Source of the DNA: Eledone cirrhosa
Lineage: Eukaryota
Direction: 5' to 3'
NCBI GenBank assembly: GCA_964016885.1
Contig: OZ024757.1
Coordinates: 2,418,001 to 2,482,000, forward strand
Length of the DNA stretch: 64,000 nucleotides
Both the position numbers and the translations under genes were made by a program. Positions 12,757 to 26,365 of the stretch are shown here, piece after piece. Under the pieces are notes generated by a model. It was not told the DNA's origin, made no database searches, and saw only the letters and a list, made by a program, of their open reading frames with translations. Every line of letters begins with the position of its first letter. The stretch's first letter is position 1.

Positions 12757-13680
12757 GAAGGATACGCTTTTGCAATCCAAGAACAGGAGATTAACACGAA
12801 ATACCTGATTCACAAAAGAGATAGGGCTGCAGGCAAAACACCTAGATGTGATAACAAGTGCAGACTCTGCAGAACTAACATCGAGGATATCACCCATGTC
12901 ATCAGCAGCTGTCCAAAGATGTCATCGCGGTACTATCTACCTATGAGGCATGATGTAGTGACCAAAACACTGTACATTGCAGTTCGTAAAAAAGATAGCC
13001 CCGATAATAAACACATTAAAAGATACACCAATGTGGAAGACATCCATGTACATAATATGAAAGAGTACTGGTGGAATGTTCCAGTAAAAACCCCAATAAA
13101 ATGCAGGCATAATAGACCAGATATTATGATATGGGACAGGGAGAAAAATGCATGCACACTAGTGGAAATTAGCTGCCCAGCAGATGCCAATATAATATCA
13201 AAGATTAGTGAAAAGGAGAATATTTATGTAGAACTGATGAGAAATCTGCTGATACTCCACCCTGATTACACCTTCAGATTTATGCCTGTGATTATTGGGG
13301 CACTGGGGTATGTTAGTAACTGCCTCAATACAAATCTTGAGAAGCTGGGTTTCACAGGTACAGAAAGAACACAACTAGTTAGGAAATTACAAGTACGATC
13401 CATTAATGGAACAGTAAAAATGTGTAAAACATTCCAAAGATTTTGCATCTAAATCTGCATATACACATGTACAGATACAAAGCATATACACATGCACACA
13501 TACAACTCAAAACATCCACATCCACACATACAATAACATCCATATCTACACATGCAGACATACATACATATCTACCTAGTTGATGTTGTGTAAATTCCAA
13601 TGAGTGAGTCTTGTGTCTATGTTAGAAACCGACTCTCTCTCTATTGGTAAAACTTTGTGAAATTATAAAACCAGAAGAAC
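12757..13680 (+). mobile_element. 5'-truncated R4/Dong-like non-LTR retrotransposon (CCHC knuckle, restriction-like endonuclease, 3' UTR)
   Basis: Open frame from 12757: EGYAFAIQEQEINTKY..CRLCRTNIEDITHVISSC..RHD..HNRPDIMIWD..LVEISCP..EKENIY..PVIIGALG, stop at 13452. Flanked by (CATA)n. An extra copy of its last 40 bp or so lies at 12667-12708. Confidence 0.85.
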
Positions 13681-14039
13681 TTACATACATACATACACAC
13701 ATACATACATACATACATACATACATACATACATACATACATACATACATACATACATACAATTACACATAGATAGTTAGATAGATAGATAGATAGATAG
13801 ATAGCTAGCTAGACATGCAGACATACGGACAGGTCTGTATTTAGCAACAGAGCTCTGTCGAAAATAACTTCAACAGTTAGCTTTGTTAGAAAGTCACCCT
13901 GACCTAAATACTTGAACTTCTCAGGAACAATTACTCAACTGTTAATCTTCAAACACTTCCTTGTTCCCCTTTATCTTCTTGTGAGTTACTTTATAATTGA
14001 TCACGTGACCAGGACACAAGGTAATTTACATTAAATAAA

Positions 14040-17000
14040 AACAACAACCACAACCACAACAAAAACAACCATAAATACAACAACAACCATAACCACAACA
14101 ACAACCATAAACACAACAACCATAAACACAACAACAACCATAAACACAACAAAAACCACAACCACAACAACAACCATAAACACAACAACAACCACAACCA
14201 CAACAACAACCATAAACACAACAACAACCATAACCACAACAACAACCATAACCACAACAACAACCATAACCACAACAACAACCATAAACACAACAACAAC
14301 CATAACCACAACAACAACCATAAACACAAAAACTACCATAAACACAACAACAACCACAACCACAACAACAACCATAAACACAACAATAACCATAAACACA
14401 ACAACAACCATAACCACAACAACAACCATAACCACAACAACAACCATAAACACAACAACTACCATAAACACAACAACTAACATAACCACAACAACAACCA
14501 TAAACACAACAACTACCATAAACACAACAACAACCACAACCACAACAACAACAACCATAAACACAACAACCACAACCACAACAACTACCATAACCACAAC
14601 AACAACCATAAACACAACAACAACCACAACCACAACAACAACCATAACCACAACTACAACCATAAACACAACAACAACCATAACCACAACAACAACCATA
14701 AACACAACAACAACCACAACCACAACAACAACCACCACCACACCAACTACCACCACCACACCAACTACCACCACCACAACAACCCTAGCACCACCACACC
14801 AACTACCACCACCACAACAACCCTACCACCACTACAACAACTACCACCACCACAACAACCCTAGCACCACCACACCAACTACCACCACCACAACAACCCT
14901 ACCACCACCACAACAACTACCACCACCACAACAACCCTAGCACCACCACACCAACTACCACTACCACAACAACCCTAGCACCACCACACCAACTACCACC
15001 ACCACAACAACCCAAGCACCACCACAACAACCCAAGCACCACCACAACAACTACCACCACCACAACAACCCTACCACCACCACCACAACAACCCTAGCAT
15101 CACCACATCAACTACCACCACCACAACAACCCTACCACCACCACACCAACTACCACCACCACAACAACCCTAGCACCACCACACCAACTACCACCACCAC
15201 AACAACCCTACCACCACTACAACAACTACCACCATCACAACAACCCTAGCACCACCACACCAACTACCACCACCACAACAACCCTACCACCACCACAACA
15301 ACCTTAGCACCACCACACCAACTACCACTACCACAACAACCCTAGCACCACCACACCAACTACCACCACCACACCAACTACCACCACCACAACAACTACC
15401 ACCACCACAACAACCCTACCACTACCACAACAACTACCACCACATAAACTACCACCACCACAACAACCCTAGCACCACCACAACAACCCTAGCACCACCA
15501 CAACAACTACCACCACCACAACAACCCTAGCACCGCCACAACAACTACCACCACCACAACAACCCTACCACCACCACAACAACTACCACCACCACAACAA
15601 CTACCACCACCACACCAACTACCGCCACCACACCAACTACCGCCACCACAACAACTACCTCCACTACACCAAATACCACCACACCAACTACCTCCACCAC
15701 ACCTACTACCACCACTACCTCCACCACACCTACTACCACCACTACACCAACTACCACCACCACACCAATTACCGACACCACACCAACTACCACCACCACA
15801 CCAACTACCTCCACCACACCAACTACCACCCCCACACCAACTACCACCACCACACCAATTACCACCACCACACCAACTACCACCACCACGACACCCCTAG
15901 CACCACCACACCAACTACCACCACCACAACAACCCTAGCACCACCACACCAACTACCACCACCACACCAACTACCACCACCACATCAACTACCACCACCA
16001 CACCAACTACCACCACCACCACACCAACACTACCACCACCACAACAACTACCACCACACCAACTAGCACCACCACAACAACCCTAGCACCACTACAACAA
16101 CTACCACCACCACAACAACCTTACCACCACCTCACCAACTACCACAACCACACCAACTACCCCCACCACACCAACTACCACCACCACACCAACTACCACC
16201 ACCACACCAACTACCACCACACCAACTAGCACCACCACACCATTTACCACCACCACACCAACTACCACCGCCACACCAACTACCACACCACACCACACCA
16301 ACTACCACCACACCAACTAGCACCACCACACCAACTACCACCACCACACCAACTACCACCACCACAACAACCCTACCACCACCACCACCACACCAACTAC
16401 CACCACCACACCAATTACCAACACACCAACTAGCACCACCACACCAACTACCACCACCACACCAACTACCACCACCACAAAAACCCTAGCACCACCACAC
16501 CAACTACCACCACCACAACAACACTAGCACCACCACACCAACTACCACCACCACAACAACCCTACCACCACCACAACAACTACCACCACCACAACAACCC
16601 TAGCACCACCACACCAACTACCACCACCACAACAACCCTACCACCACCACAACAACTACCACCGCCACAACAACCCTAACACCACCACACCAACTACCAC
16701 CACCACACCAACTACCACACCAACTACCACCACCACAACAACTACCACCACCACAACAACCCTACCACCACCACACCAACTACCACCACCACACCAACTA
16801 CCACCACCACAAAAACCCTAGCACCACCACACCGACTACCACCACCACAACAACCCTAGCACCACCACACCAACTACCACCACCACACCAACTACCACCA
16901 CCACACCAACTACCACCACCACAACAACTACCACCACCACAACAACCCTACCACCACCACACCAACTACCACCACCACACCAACTACCACCACCACAAAA

Positions 17001-17202
17001 ACCCTAGCACCACCACACCGACTACCACCACCACAACAACCCTAGCACCACCACACCAACTACCACCACCACAACAACCCTACCACCACCACAACAACCC
17101 TACCACCACCACAACAACAACCACCACCACAACAACCCTAGCACCACCACAACAACTACCACCACCACAACAACCCTACCACCACCACAACAACCCTAGC
17201 AC
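14040..17202. repeat. C/A-rich minisatellite blocks with units of about 18 bp (aaccataaacacaacaac; caactaccaccaccacac; caaccctagcaccaccaca)
   Basis: Read directly; source of the poly-V ORFs. Confidence 0.9.
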
Positions 17203-17731
17203 CCAATGGAAAAAAATAAACAAAATAGTTTTCTGAAATGAAATAATTATTTATAAATAAATAATTAAGATAGTGACGGAGGGTAGAATGATAAACCAGA
17301 GAGAGAGATAGAGAGAGAGAGAGAGATAGAGGGAGAGAGAGAGAGAGAGGGGGGAGAGAGAGAGAGAGAGATACTGAGAGAGAGAGTGAGAGATGTTATG
17401 TGAACTTTGTAAAACAACTTTCACTAACATGTAAGAATGTGAGCAAAACTTACGAGGCGGCTTCAAAAAGTTTGTTGGAAAAGTCCATAGCTAAAGATTA
17501 TATGCAGGGATTTATAAGTATGTATGTATACGTACATGCATATATGTATACAGACGTACAGTAGCATGTATATATATACATACAGGCACACATACATATA
17601 TGCACGTATCAGTTCACCGAACATTTATTATAATGCTCGGTTTGTTCGTTTGTAAACAAACAAACAGCCTGAATTACGCCGTACAGTGTTTAGGCAACCA
17701 CGTCTCCGTTTTGTTCAACACTGACACAGGA

Positions 17732-17774
17732 ACGATGTACTAGTTTCAAGCTTTTTAGCTATCGTCAGCACCGT
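17732..17774 (-). ncRNA. Minimal type-I hammerhead ribozyme with intact core
   Basis: Minus strand: acggtg-CUGACGA-u-agct-aaaa-agct-u-GAAA-ctaG-UA-catcgt. Palindromic stem III ACUAGU, 6-bp stem I, GUA triplet. Confidence 0.8.
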
Positions 17775-17911
17775 ATACCTTTCTGCCAGATGGTTGAACG
17801 TCCGAAAGTATATACTTTCCCTATGAAAAATAACGGCTGAGCAGCCTAATTTGCATATCGAGTGAGTGCCGTACTAAGAGTGAGAAATGAAATTTCGTTT
17901 CATTCTATTCC

Positions 17912-17982
<71 letters not shown>

Positions 17983-18063
17983 GAGAAGAAAGAAGAATAC
18001 TGCGTGGTTTGCACATGGGTTACATATGATAAAAATAGTCCTTCGTCAGTGATTTTCCAACCT

Positions 18064-18180
18064 AGTTATACTTGGGGAGGGTCATATTGGAAAAAATGGC
18101 GTAGACATACAATACAACAGGAGGAAATATAATAGTACCACTGATGATGTTACAGATGTGCAACGAAAGAACTTTGATAG

Positions 18181-18220
<40 letters not shown>

Positions 18221-18414
18221 ACCGTTGGTCAATCAATGATAAACATTGATTGCCAAATAAATTAACTAAGGAGATATAAAAGATACAGAAGCGAAAACCA
18301 ACCAAACAGTGAGTGTGTTGTGTTATTATTTCTGGCTATATTATTACAACAATATGACCCTCCCCAAATATAACAATATTTGTTTCGACACACGATTTCA
18401 TATCAAAAACAAAT

Positions 18415-18415
<1 letters not shown>
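18064..18415 (+). mobile_element. Solo pseudo-LTR of the PLE family at 4343-6754
   Basis: 18091-18415 matches the reverse complement of about 4345-4690 (aaaatggcgtagacatacaa..., gaagcgaaaaccaaccaaacagtgagtg..., gtttcgacacacgattt). 18064-18089 is an inverted copy of about 18350-18375. Confidence 0.8.
18136..18179 (+). ncRNA. Minimal type-I hammerhead ribozyme (paralogue of 4602-4645)
   Basis: tacca-CUGAUGA-u-gttaca-gatg-tgcaac-GAAA-gaac-UU-tgata. Confidence 0.65.
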
Positions 18416-18459
<44 letters not shown>

Positions 18460-18549
18460 AACATTCAAATGTTAAGGGTTTCTTTACAAATCATGTGTTA
18501 TAATTAAAAACAAAAAGAGGGTTTGAAAAATGCACTGACTGACCTTTTG

Positions 18550-18860
18550 ATTATTTAGAAGGTTTCTGTATTAATGTCCCAAGTAATTTGAGGATTATTT
18601 ACATATTTTTGTTCACTTTTACCTGTTTCAGGTGTATTTACACACTTTTCAAAAATGTTTTCCGTTTAAGTTCATCTCACATCGTTGGTCGCTTGCGGTT
18701 TTGCTGAAATCAAGAAACGCAACAGGTTTTAATTTTTGTCGCTTGTATCAAAGAGAATATGGTTCATTACAAGGGGCGTAAAAAATAAAGTAAACAAAAA
18801 TATATAAATAATAATCAAATTGCTTGGGACATTAATACAGAAACGTTTTAAATAACCAGT
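18550..18860. mobile_element. MITE-like element with inverted repeats of about 30 bp
   Basis: gtttctgtattaatgtcccaagtaatttga (18562-18591) versus tcaaattgcttgggacattaatacagaaac (18815-18844). Confidence 0.6.
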
Positions 18861-18899
18861 GAACTATTTCTGCCTTTCCCTATATATATCTAAAGTCTA

Positions 18900-21800
18900 A
18901 AGTCTGTCTTAAGCCAGAACACTCATTTGGCCGGTGTCTATCCCGGTTTCGTGGTGTGAAGCTACTGAGGATACAAGACTTCCCCCCAAGACAGGACACC
19001 AATCCATCGCAGGGTTAAACCCCCAGCTACTGCTGGACTCCAACAGGACACCAGTCCATCGCAAGGTTAAACCCCCACCTACTGCTGGACTTCCCCAGGA
19101 CAGGACACCAGTCCATCGCAGGGTTAAACCCCCAGCTACTGCTGGACTCACCCAGGACAGGACACCAGTCCATCGCAGGGTTAAACCCCCAGCTACTGCT
19201 GGACTCCCCCAAGACAGAAGACCAGTCCATCGCAGGGTTAAACCCCCAGCTACTGGTGGACTCCCCCAGGACAGGACACCAGTCCATTGCAGGGTTAAAC
19301 CCCCAGCTACTGCTGGACTCCCCCAGGACAGGACACCAGTCCATCGCAGGGTTAAATCCCCACCTACTGCTGGACTCCCCCAGGACAGGAGACCAGTCCA
19401 TCGCAGGGTTAAACCCCCACCTACTGCTGGACTCCTCCAGGACAGGACACCAGTCCATCGCAGGGTTAAACCCCCACCTACTGCTGGACTCCCCTAGGAC
19501 AGGATACCAGTCCATCGCAGTGTTAAACCCCCACCTACTGCTGGACTCCTCCAGGACAGGACACCAGTCCATCGCAGGGTTAAACCCCCACCTACTGCTG
19601 GACTGCCCCAGGACACCAGTCCATCGCAGGGTTAAACCCCCAGCTACTGCTGGACTCCCCCAGGACAGGACACCAGTCCATCACAGGGTTAAACCCCCAC
19701 CTACTGCTGGACTCCTCCAGGACAGGACACCAGTCCATCGCAGGGTTAAACTCCCAGCTACTGCTGGACTCCTCCAGGACAGGACACCAGTCCATCGCAG
19801 GGTTAAACTCCCAGCTACTGCTGGACTCCCCCAGGACAGGACACCAGTCCATCACAGGGTTAAACCCCCACCTACTGCTGGACTCCTCCAGGACAGGACA
19901 CCAGTCCATCGCAGTGTTAAACTCCCAGCTACTGCTGGACTCCCCCAGGACAGGACACCAGTCCATCGCAGGGTTAAACCCCCACCTACTGCTGGACTCC
20001 TCCAGGACAGGACACCAGTCCATCGCAGGGTTAAACTCCCAGCTACTGCTGGACTCCCCCAGGACAGGACACCAGTCCATCACAGGGTTAAACCCCCAGC
20101 TACTGGTGGACTCCCCCAGGACAGGACACCAGTCCATCGCAGGGTTAAACCCCCAGCTATTGCTGGACTCCCCCAGGACACCAGTCCATCGCAGGGTTAA
20201 ACCCCCAGCTACTGCTGGACTCCCCCAGGACAGGAGACCAGTCCATCACAGGGTTAAACCCCCAGCTACTGCTGGACTCCCCCAGGACAGGACACCAGTC
20301 CATCACAGGGTTAAACCCCCAGCTATTGCTGGACTTCCCCAGGACAGGAGACCAGTCCATCGCAGGGTTAAACCCCCAGCTACTGCTGGACTCCCCCAGG
20401 ACAGGACACCAGTCCATCACAGGGTTAAACCCCCACCTACTGCTGGACTTCCCAGGACAGGACACAAGTCCATCGCAGGGTTAAACTCCCAGCTACTGCT
20501 GGACTCCTCCAGGACAGGACACCAGTCCATCGCAGGGTTAAACCCCCAGCTACTGCTGGACTGCCATAGAATAGGAGACCAGTCCATCACAGGGTTAAAC
20601 CCCCAGCTACTGCTGGACTCCCCCAGGACAGGACACCAGTCCATCACAGGGTTAAACCCCCACCTACTGCTGGACTTCCCAGGACAGGACACAAGTCCAT
20701 CGCAGGGTTAAACCCCCAGCTACTGCTGGACTCCCCCAGGACAGGAGACCAGTCCATCACAGGGTTAAACCCCCACCTACTGCTGGACTCCCCCAGGACA
20801 CCAGTCCATCGCAGGGTTAAACCCCCAGCTACTGGTGGACTTCCCCAGGACAGGAGACCAGTCCATCACAGGGTTAAACCCCCACCTATTGCTGGACTCC
20901 CCCAGGACAGGAGACCAGTCCATCACAGGGTTAAACCCCCACCTACTGCTGGACTCCCCCAGGACACCAGTCCATCGCAGGGTTAAACCCCCACCTACTG
21001 CTGGACTCCCCCAGGACAGGAGACCAGTCCATCACAGGGTTAAACCCCCACCTATTGCTGGACTCCCCCAGGACAGGAGACCAGTCCATCACAGGGTTAA
21101 ACCCCCAGCTACTGCTGGACTCCCCCAGGACAGGACACCAGTCCATCACAGGGTTAAACCCCCACCTACTGCTGGACTTCCCAGGACAGGACACAAGTCC
21201 ATCGCAGGGTTAAACCCCCAGCTACTGCTGGACTCCCCCAGGACAGGAGACCAGTCCATCACAGGGTTAAACCCCCACCTACTGCTGGACTCCCCCAGGA
21301 CACCAGTCCATCGCAGGGTTAAACCCCCAGCTACTGGTGGACTTCCCCAGGACAGGAGACCAGTCCATCACAGGGTTAAACCCCCACCTATTGCTGGACT
21401 CCCCCAGGACAGGAGACCAGTCCATCACAGGGTTAAACCCCCACCTACTGCTGGACTCCCCCAGGACACCAGTCCATCGCAGGGTTAAACCCCCACCTAC
21501 TGCTGGACTCCCCCAGGACAGGAGACCAGTCCATCACAGGGTTAAACCCCCACCTATTGCTGGACTCCCCCAGGACAGGAGACCAGTCCATCACAGGGTT
21601 AAACCCCCACCTACTGCTGGACTCCCCCAGGACACCAGTCCATCGCAGGGTTAAACCCCCAGCTACTGCTGGACTTCCCCAGGACAGGAGACCAGTCCAT
21701 CACAGGGTTAAACCCCCACCTACTGCTGGACTCCCCCAGGACAGGAGACCAGTCCATCACAGGGTTAAACCCCCAGCTATTGCTGGTACTCATTTCCAGT

Positions 21801-21915
21801 TGAGTATACTGGAGCAACGTGAAATAAAGTGTCTTGCTCAAGAACACAACACGCAACCCAGGAATCGAACCCACGACATCATGATCGTAAGTCCAACACC
21901 CTTACCACGTGCTTC
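18900..21915 (-). mobile_element. tRNA-derived SINE with a MetaSINE-like central region, split by a 2.8-kb internal array
   Basis: Minus-strand B box ggttcgattcc at about 21861-21871, then gtgttcttgagcaagacacttt. Central agtccatcgcagggtta..cccc and ctatcccggtttc resemble Meta-domain SINEs (recalled, not searched). Confidence 0.7.
18985..21786. repeat. 57-bp tandem array (ggacaggacaccagtccatcgcagggttaaacccccagctactgctggactccccca), about 50 copies including 52-bp variants
   Basis: Unit read directly; 19-aa periodicity in the ORFs. Confidence 0.95.
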
Positions 21916-22042
21916 CAGAATAGATACATATATAAAGGAAAAAGTCAGGACCCCGACGACTGAGCTCCGGCCGCTTCGACAGCTAGATCCGAACCCGCCC
22001 CCCACATCTCTCTCTCTCTCCCTCTCTCGCTCTCTCCCCCCC

Positions 22043-22084
<42 letters not shown>

Positions 22085-22309
22085 TGTTATGCTTTGGGAG
22101 GGTCATGTTGCCAATAAGAAACACACGCACCAGTTGCAATACAAATTCAGAAACGAAATATATATATATATATATACATATATAAAAACCTTTTAGATTT
22201 AGGTTACTTAATTAAGACTCTATCCCTGGGGAAATATACTTGTGAAGTGTTCTTATTTTAGATTACTTTACTGGGATCTACCCTTCAGTGATTTCGTATA
22301 AGATAAGAG

Positions 22310-22357
<48 letters not shown>

Positions 22358-22358
<1 letters not shown>

Positions 22359-22804
22359 CAGCCGAATTACAAGCACCTTGCTGCGTTTCACACATTTTTT
22401 TTTGTAAGAAAATGATGATTGATTTTAAATCAGTGATATAATTTATGGAGAAAAACTTTTCATTTCAATATTACTCAATGTAAAATGTAATGCATGAAAA
22501 ATTGGAAAATATTATTTTTTGTAATATATCAAATCAAAATTACATTAATTAAATCTTATTCTTATGTTGTTTCTTGTAAATAATTTTTTTCAAAATATCA
22601 ATTCAAAACTTTTGTGAACAGGCATCATATCTCGTCATTTCCCTATGGTTTAAATATCATATAAATCGAAGGGAAAACATTTTCAGCGGGGGTCTTTACC
22701 CCCAAGGAACCCTTCTAGTTTCAGAATATATATGGTTACGGGGGTCTATCTCCAAAACCATAGGAGGGGTTCGTGAACAGACAGGAACTACAACTTTATA
22801 TAGA
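22358..22804 (-). mobile_element. Putative non-autonomous Helitron
   Basis: Minus strand begins A|TCTATATAAAG.. and ends ..CTGG|T (5' TC, 3' CTRR, A^T target); the 3' hairpin is degenerate. Confidence 0.45.
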
Positions 22805-22973
22805 TACACAGACACCAAGTTAAAATATCTTAACATGTATAATGATTATGTTTCTCAGTAGAAAAGCTCAATGGATGTTTGTCCTGAGCATCAATAATTG
22901 TGTGTATATGTATATATATATGTATATAAATAATGTGTATATATATATATGTATATATATTATATGTATATAA

Positions 22974-23048
<75 letters not shown>

Positions 23049-23306
23049 TTATATATCGTTAAAGAAACTCGTAGTATTTGTTATTTTCTACCTTTATATA
23101 AAGCCCACAATATACAGGACAAAGTCCACACTTTAAGGTGGGAGAACCATTATTTTCCCTACTGTGTCGTTTCATAGTTCGGAAACCGGAGCAAAAATCG
23201 ATTTAAGCAATCAATTATTGATTACCAACAATCAATTTTGATAATATTATTTGCTTTATATATATGTACAAAATACTGTTTCTCAAAATATATTACCCCC
23301 CCCCTC

Positions 23307-23363
<57 letters not shown>

Positions 23364-23864
23364 GAGTGTATGTTTGAGTGTGTGTGTGTATGTGCGTGCA
23401 AAGAAACACAAACACATGAACGCACACGCATGCGTGTTTAGGGTTTGCGCTAGAGCGCAATATCGGGCAATGTCGACCACACCCACACCCACACCCACAC
23501 ACACACCCACACACATATATAGATGGGTAGATAGATAGAGAGATAGAGAGATAGAGAGAGGGGTGGGGACAGAGCACATTGCTGTGGTGTGAAGCCAGGC
23601 CGATACACTAGAGAGATAAAGTCAACATCTTCACCTGATAACAGATCTGGAAGTTGGTTGTGCCGGGTTGACATAAGTAAAGGTCACACGTTCGTGTCCC
23701 ATGAAGGGCGTAACTGGGATATAACTACTTTGCTTAAGCTGGAGGACGAGGCATCTGTTGTTTACAGCCTTATAATAAATGTTCCATTTTATCTTTTATT
23801 CAGACATAATGTATTTAAAGTGCCCTTCTTTCTCCTGGTTAGTTGAATCCAGGTCAGACTTGAT

Positions 23865-25309
23865 CCTTCTTCTTCTTCTTCTTCTTCTTCTTCTTCTTCT
23901 TCTTCTTCTTCTTCTTCTTCTTCTTCTTTTTCTTCTTCTTCGCTAAGTTATTCCTGAGAGGGTCGTGGGGGCAGAGGCCTCAAACACACCTTCCAGTGAG
24001 CCCTGTCAGAAGCAACTGATCCAGCCAAGCTTATGGATATTATCCAACCATCTTACTAGGGGTCTACCCCTGGGTCTCCTGTCGGTTGGTTTTACTCGTA
24101 AAATCTGTCCAGAGATTCTTTCCTGAGACATTCTAACCACATGTCTGTAGTATCAGAGCTGTGATCTGTCAATTAAGTGATTCTTTCCTGAGACATTCTA
24201 ACCACATGACCATAGTATCAGAGCTGTGATCTCTCAATTCAGAGATGCTTTCCTGAGACATTCTAACCACATGTCTGTAGTATCAGAGCTGTGATCTCTC
24301 AATTCAGAGATTCTTTCTCAAGACATTCTAACCACATGTCTGTAGTATCAGAGCTGTGATCTCTCAATTCAGATATTCTATCCTGAGACATTCTAAACAT
24401 GTCTGTAGTATCAGAGCTGTGATCTCTCAATTCAGAGATTCTTTCCTCAGACATTCTAACCACATGTCTGTAGTATCAGAGCTGTGATCTCTCAATTCAG
24501 AGATTCTTTCCTCAGACATTCTAACCACATGTCTGTAGTATCAGAGCTGTGATCTCTCAATTCAGAGATTCTTTCCTGAGACATTCTAACCACACGCCTG
24601 TAGTATCAGAGCTGTGGTCTCTCAATTCAGAGATTCTTTCCTGAGACATTCTAACCACATGTCTGTAGTATCAGAGCTGTGATCTCTCAATTCAGAGATT
24701 CTTTCTCAAGACATTCTAACCACATGTCTGTAGTATCAGAGCTGTCATCTCTCAATTCAGAGATTCTTTCCTGAGACATTCTAAGCACATGTCTGTAGTA
24801 TTGGAGCTGTGATCTCTCAATTTAGAGATTCTTTCTTGAGACATTCTAACCACATGTCTGTAGTATCAGAGCTGTGATCTCTCAATTCAGAGATTCTTTC
24901 CTCAGACATTCTAACCACATGTCTGTAGTATCAGAGCTGTGATATCTCAATTCAGAGATTCTTTCCTGAGACATTCTAACCACATGTCTGTAATATCAGA
25001 GCTGTGATCTCTCAATTCAGAGATTCTTTCCTGAGACATTCTAACCACATGTCTGTAGTATCAGAGCTGTGATCTCTCAATTCAGAGATTCTTTCCTCAG
25101 ACATTCTAAGCACATGTCTGTAGTATCAGAGGTGTGATCTCTCAATTCAGAGATTCTTTCCTGAGACATTCTAACCACATGTCTGTAGTATCAGAGCTGT
25201 GATCTCTCAATTCAGAGATTCTTTCCTCAGACATTCTAAGCACATGTCTGTAGTATTGGAGCTGTGATCTCTCAATTCAGAGATTCTTTCTTGAGACATT
25301 CTAACCACA

Positions 25310-25314
<5 letters not shown>
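23865..25314 (-). mobile_element. 3' end of an RTE-clade LINE with a (GAA)n tail, its ORF end amplified into a satellite
   Basis: Minus-strand translation approximates IERSQL*YYRHVVRMSQERI..ILRVKPTDRRPRGRP..RWLDNIHKL; (ttc)n at 23865-23940. Confidence 0.75.
24106..25314. repeat. 65-bp tandem array (cagagattctttcctgagacattctaaccacatgtctgtagtatcagagctgtgatctctcaatt), about 18 copies
   Basis: Unit read directly from the sequence. Confidence 0.95.
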
Positions 25315-25396
<82 letters not shown>

Positions 25397-25436
25397 CAAA
25401 ATGTTAACAAATGAAATATATTCGTATAATCAAAAT

Positions 25437-25508
25437 ATATACTTTATTATATATATTTCAAAGGTACTGTGTTGTTTTTTCAGTACGTCCTCATCAGACA
25501 AAATATAT
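25437..25508 (-). ncRNA. Type-I hammerhead ribozyme (family of 6833) in a short element between (TA)n tracts (about 25393-25722)
   Basis: Minus strand: tattttgt-CUGAUGA-ggacgtactg..cagtaccttt-GAAA-tatata-UA-ataaagta; the downstream flank matches 6880-6925. Confidence 0.75.
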
Positions 25509-25720
25509 GATTTGATATATGACATACCGCTACGGTCTTCAATATTCAATGCCTGTATTGGCAGTGATTTATTTCATCAAATCTCCACGTTTTTATACCA
25601 CAATTCCTGAGAGGGTTTTAATAACATTAAAAACTCCCGGAAAACATCTTGTTGAGTGCTTCTAATCTATTGTAAAACTGTATTCGTTGAGTAATCAACG
25701 AACCATATTAATCTTTGGTC

Positions 25721-25787
<67 letters not shown>

Positions 25788-25849
25788 CTAAAGACATTTT
25801 TACAATTCCACCCCGCCTGTCCCCTCAATTTATTTTATTTCTCATTCTT

Positions 25850-25885
25850 TCTTCTGATGAAGGACTAGCGTTCGAAACTTTAAGA
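25850..25885 (+). ncRNA. Degenerate minimal hammerhead motif
   Basis: tctt-CUGAUGA-a-gga-ctagcg-ttc-GAAA-ct-UU-aaga; stems II and III are weak. Confidence 0.4.
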
Positions 25886-25969
25886 CCTAATATATCAAGC
25901 GTTAACCTAATATACGCCTTCCATATACTGTACCGATTGTGTTGTTATTTCTGTTTACCTTTTACATAC

Positions 25970-26037
<68 letters not shown>

Positions 26038-26200
26038 ATAATAATAAATTTGAAGGGTGAAAGCTGCGATTCTTTGCTTAAACTTTAATCTGTTATTTTA
26101 ATATATATATATATAACGAAGGAAGTGTGGTAAGGAACCAGATGGACCATAACGCACCAGAGTACTCAATACTAAGGGTAGTAGAGTGGGTAATAAGAAA

Positions 26201-26303
26201 ATGTTTAACTCCGACGGCAGAGCTCAAGCCGTTTCGACGGCTATTTCTGGACGCCAGAAATAGCCGTCGAAACGGCTTGAGCTCTGCCGACGGGGTTAAA
26301 CAT
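26201..26303. repeat. Palindrome with 50-bp arms and a 3-nt loop, made of two divergent hammerhead 3' halves
   Basis: The left arm (minus strand) reads ccagaaatagccgtc-GAAA-cggc..gccG-UC-ggagttaaacat; the right arm has GAC in place of GUC. Confidence 0.9.
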
Positions 26304-26324
26304 ATTCCTATATATATATATGTA

Positions 26325-26365
<41 letters not shown>

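Noticed and set aside
14775-17200. Telomere-like aacccta words
   Set aside because: There is no tandem (TAACCC)n; the words are part of an 18-bp C/A minisatellite.
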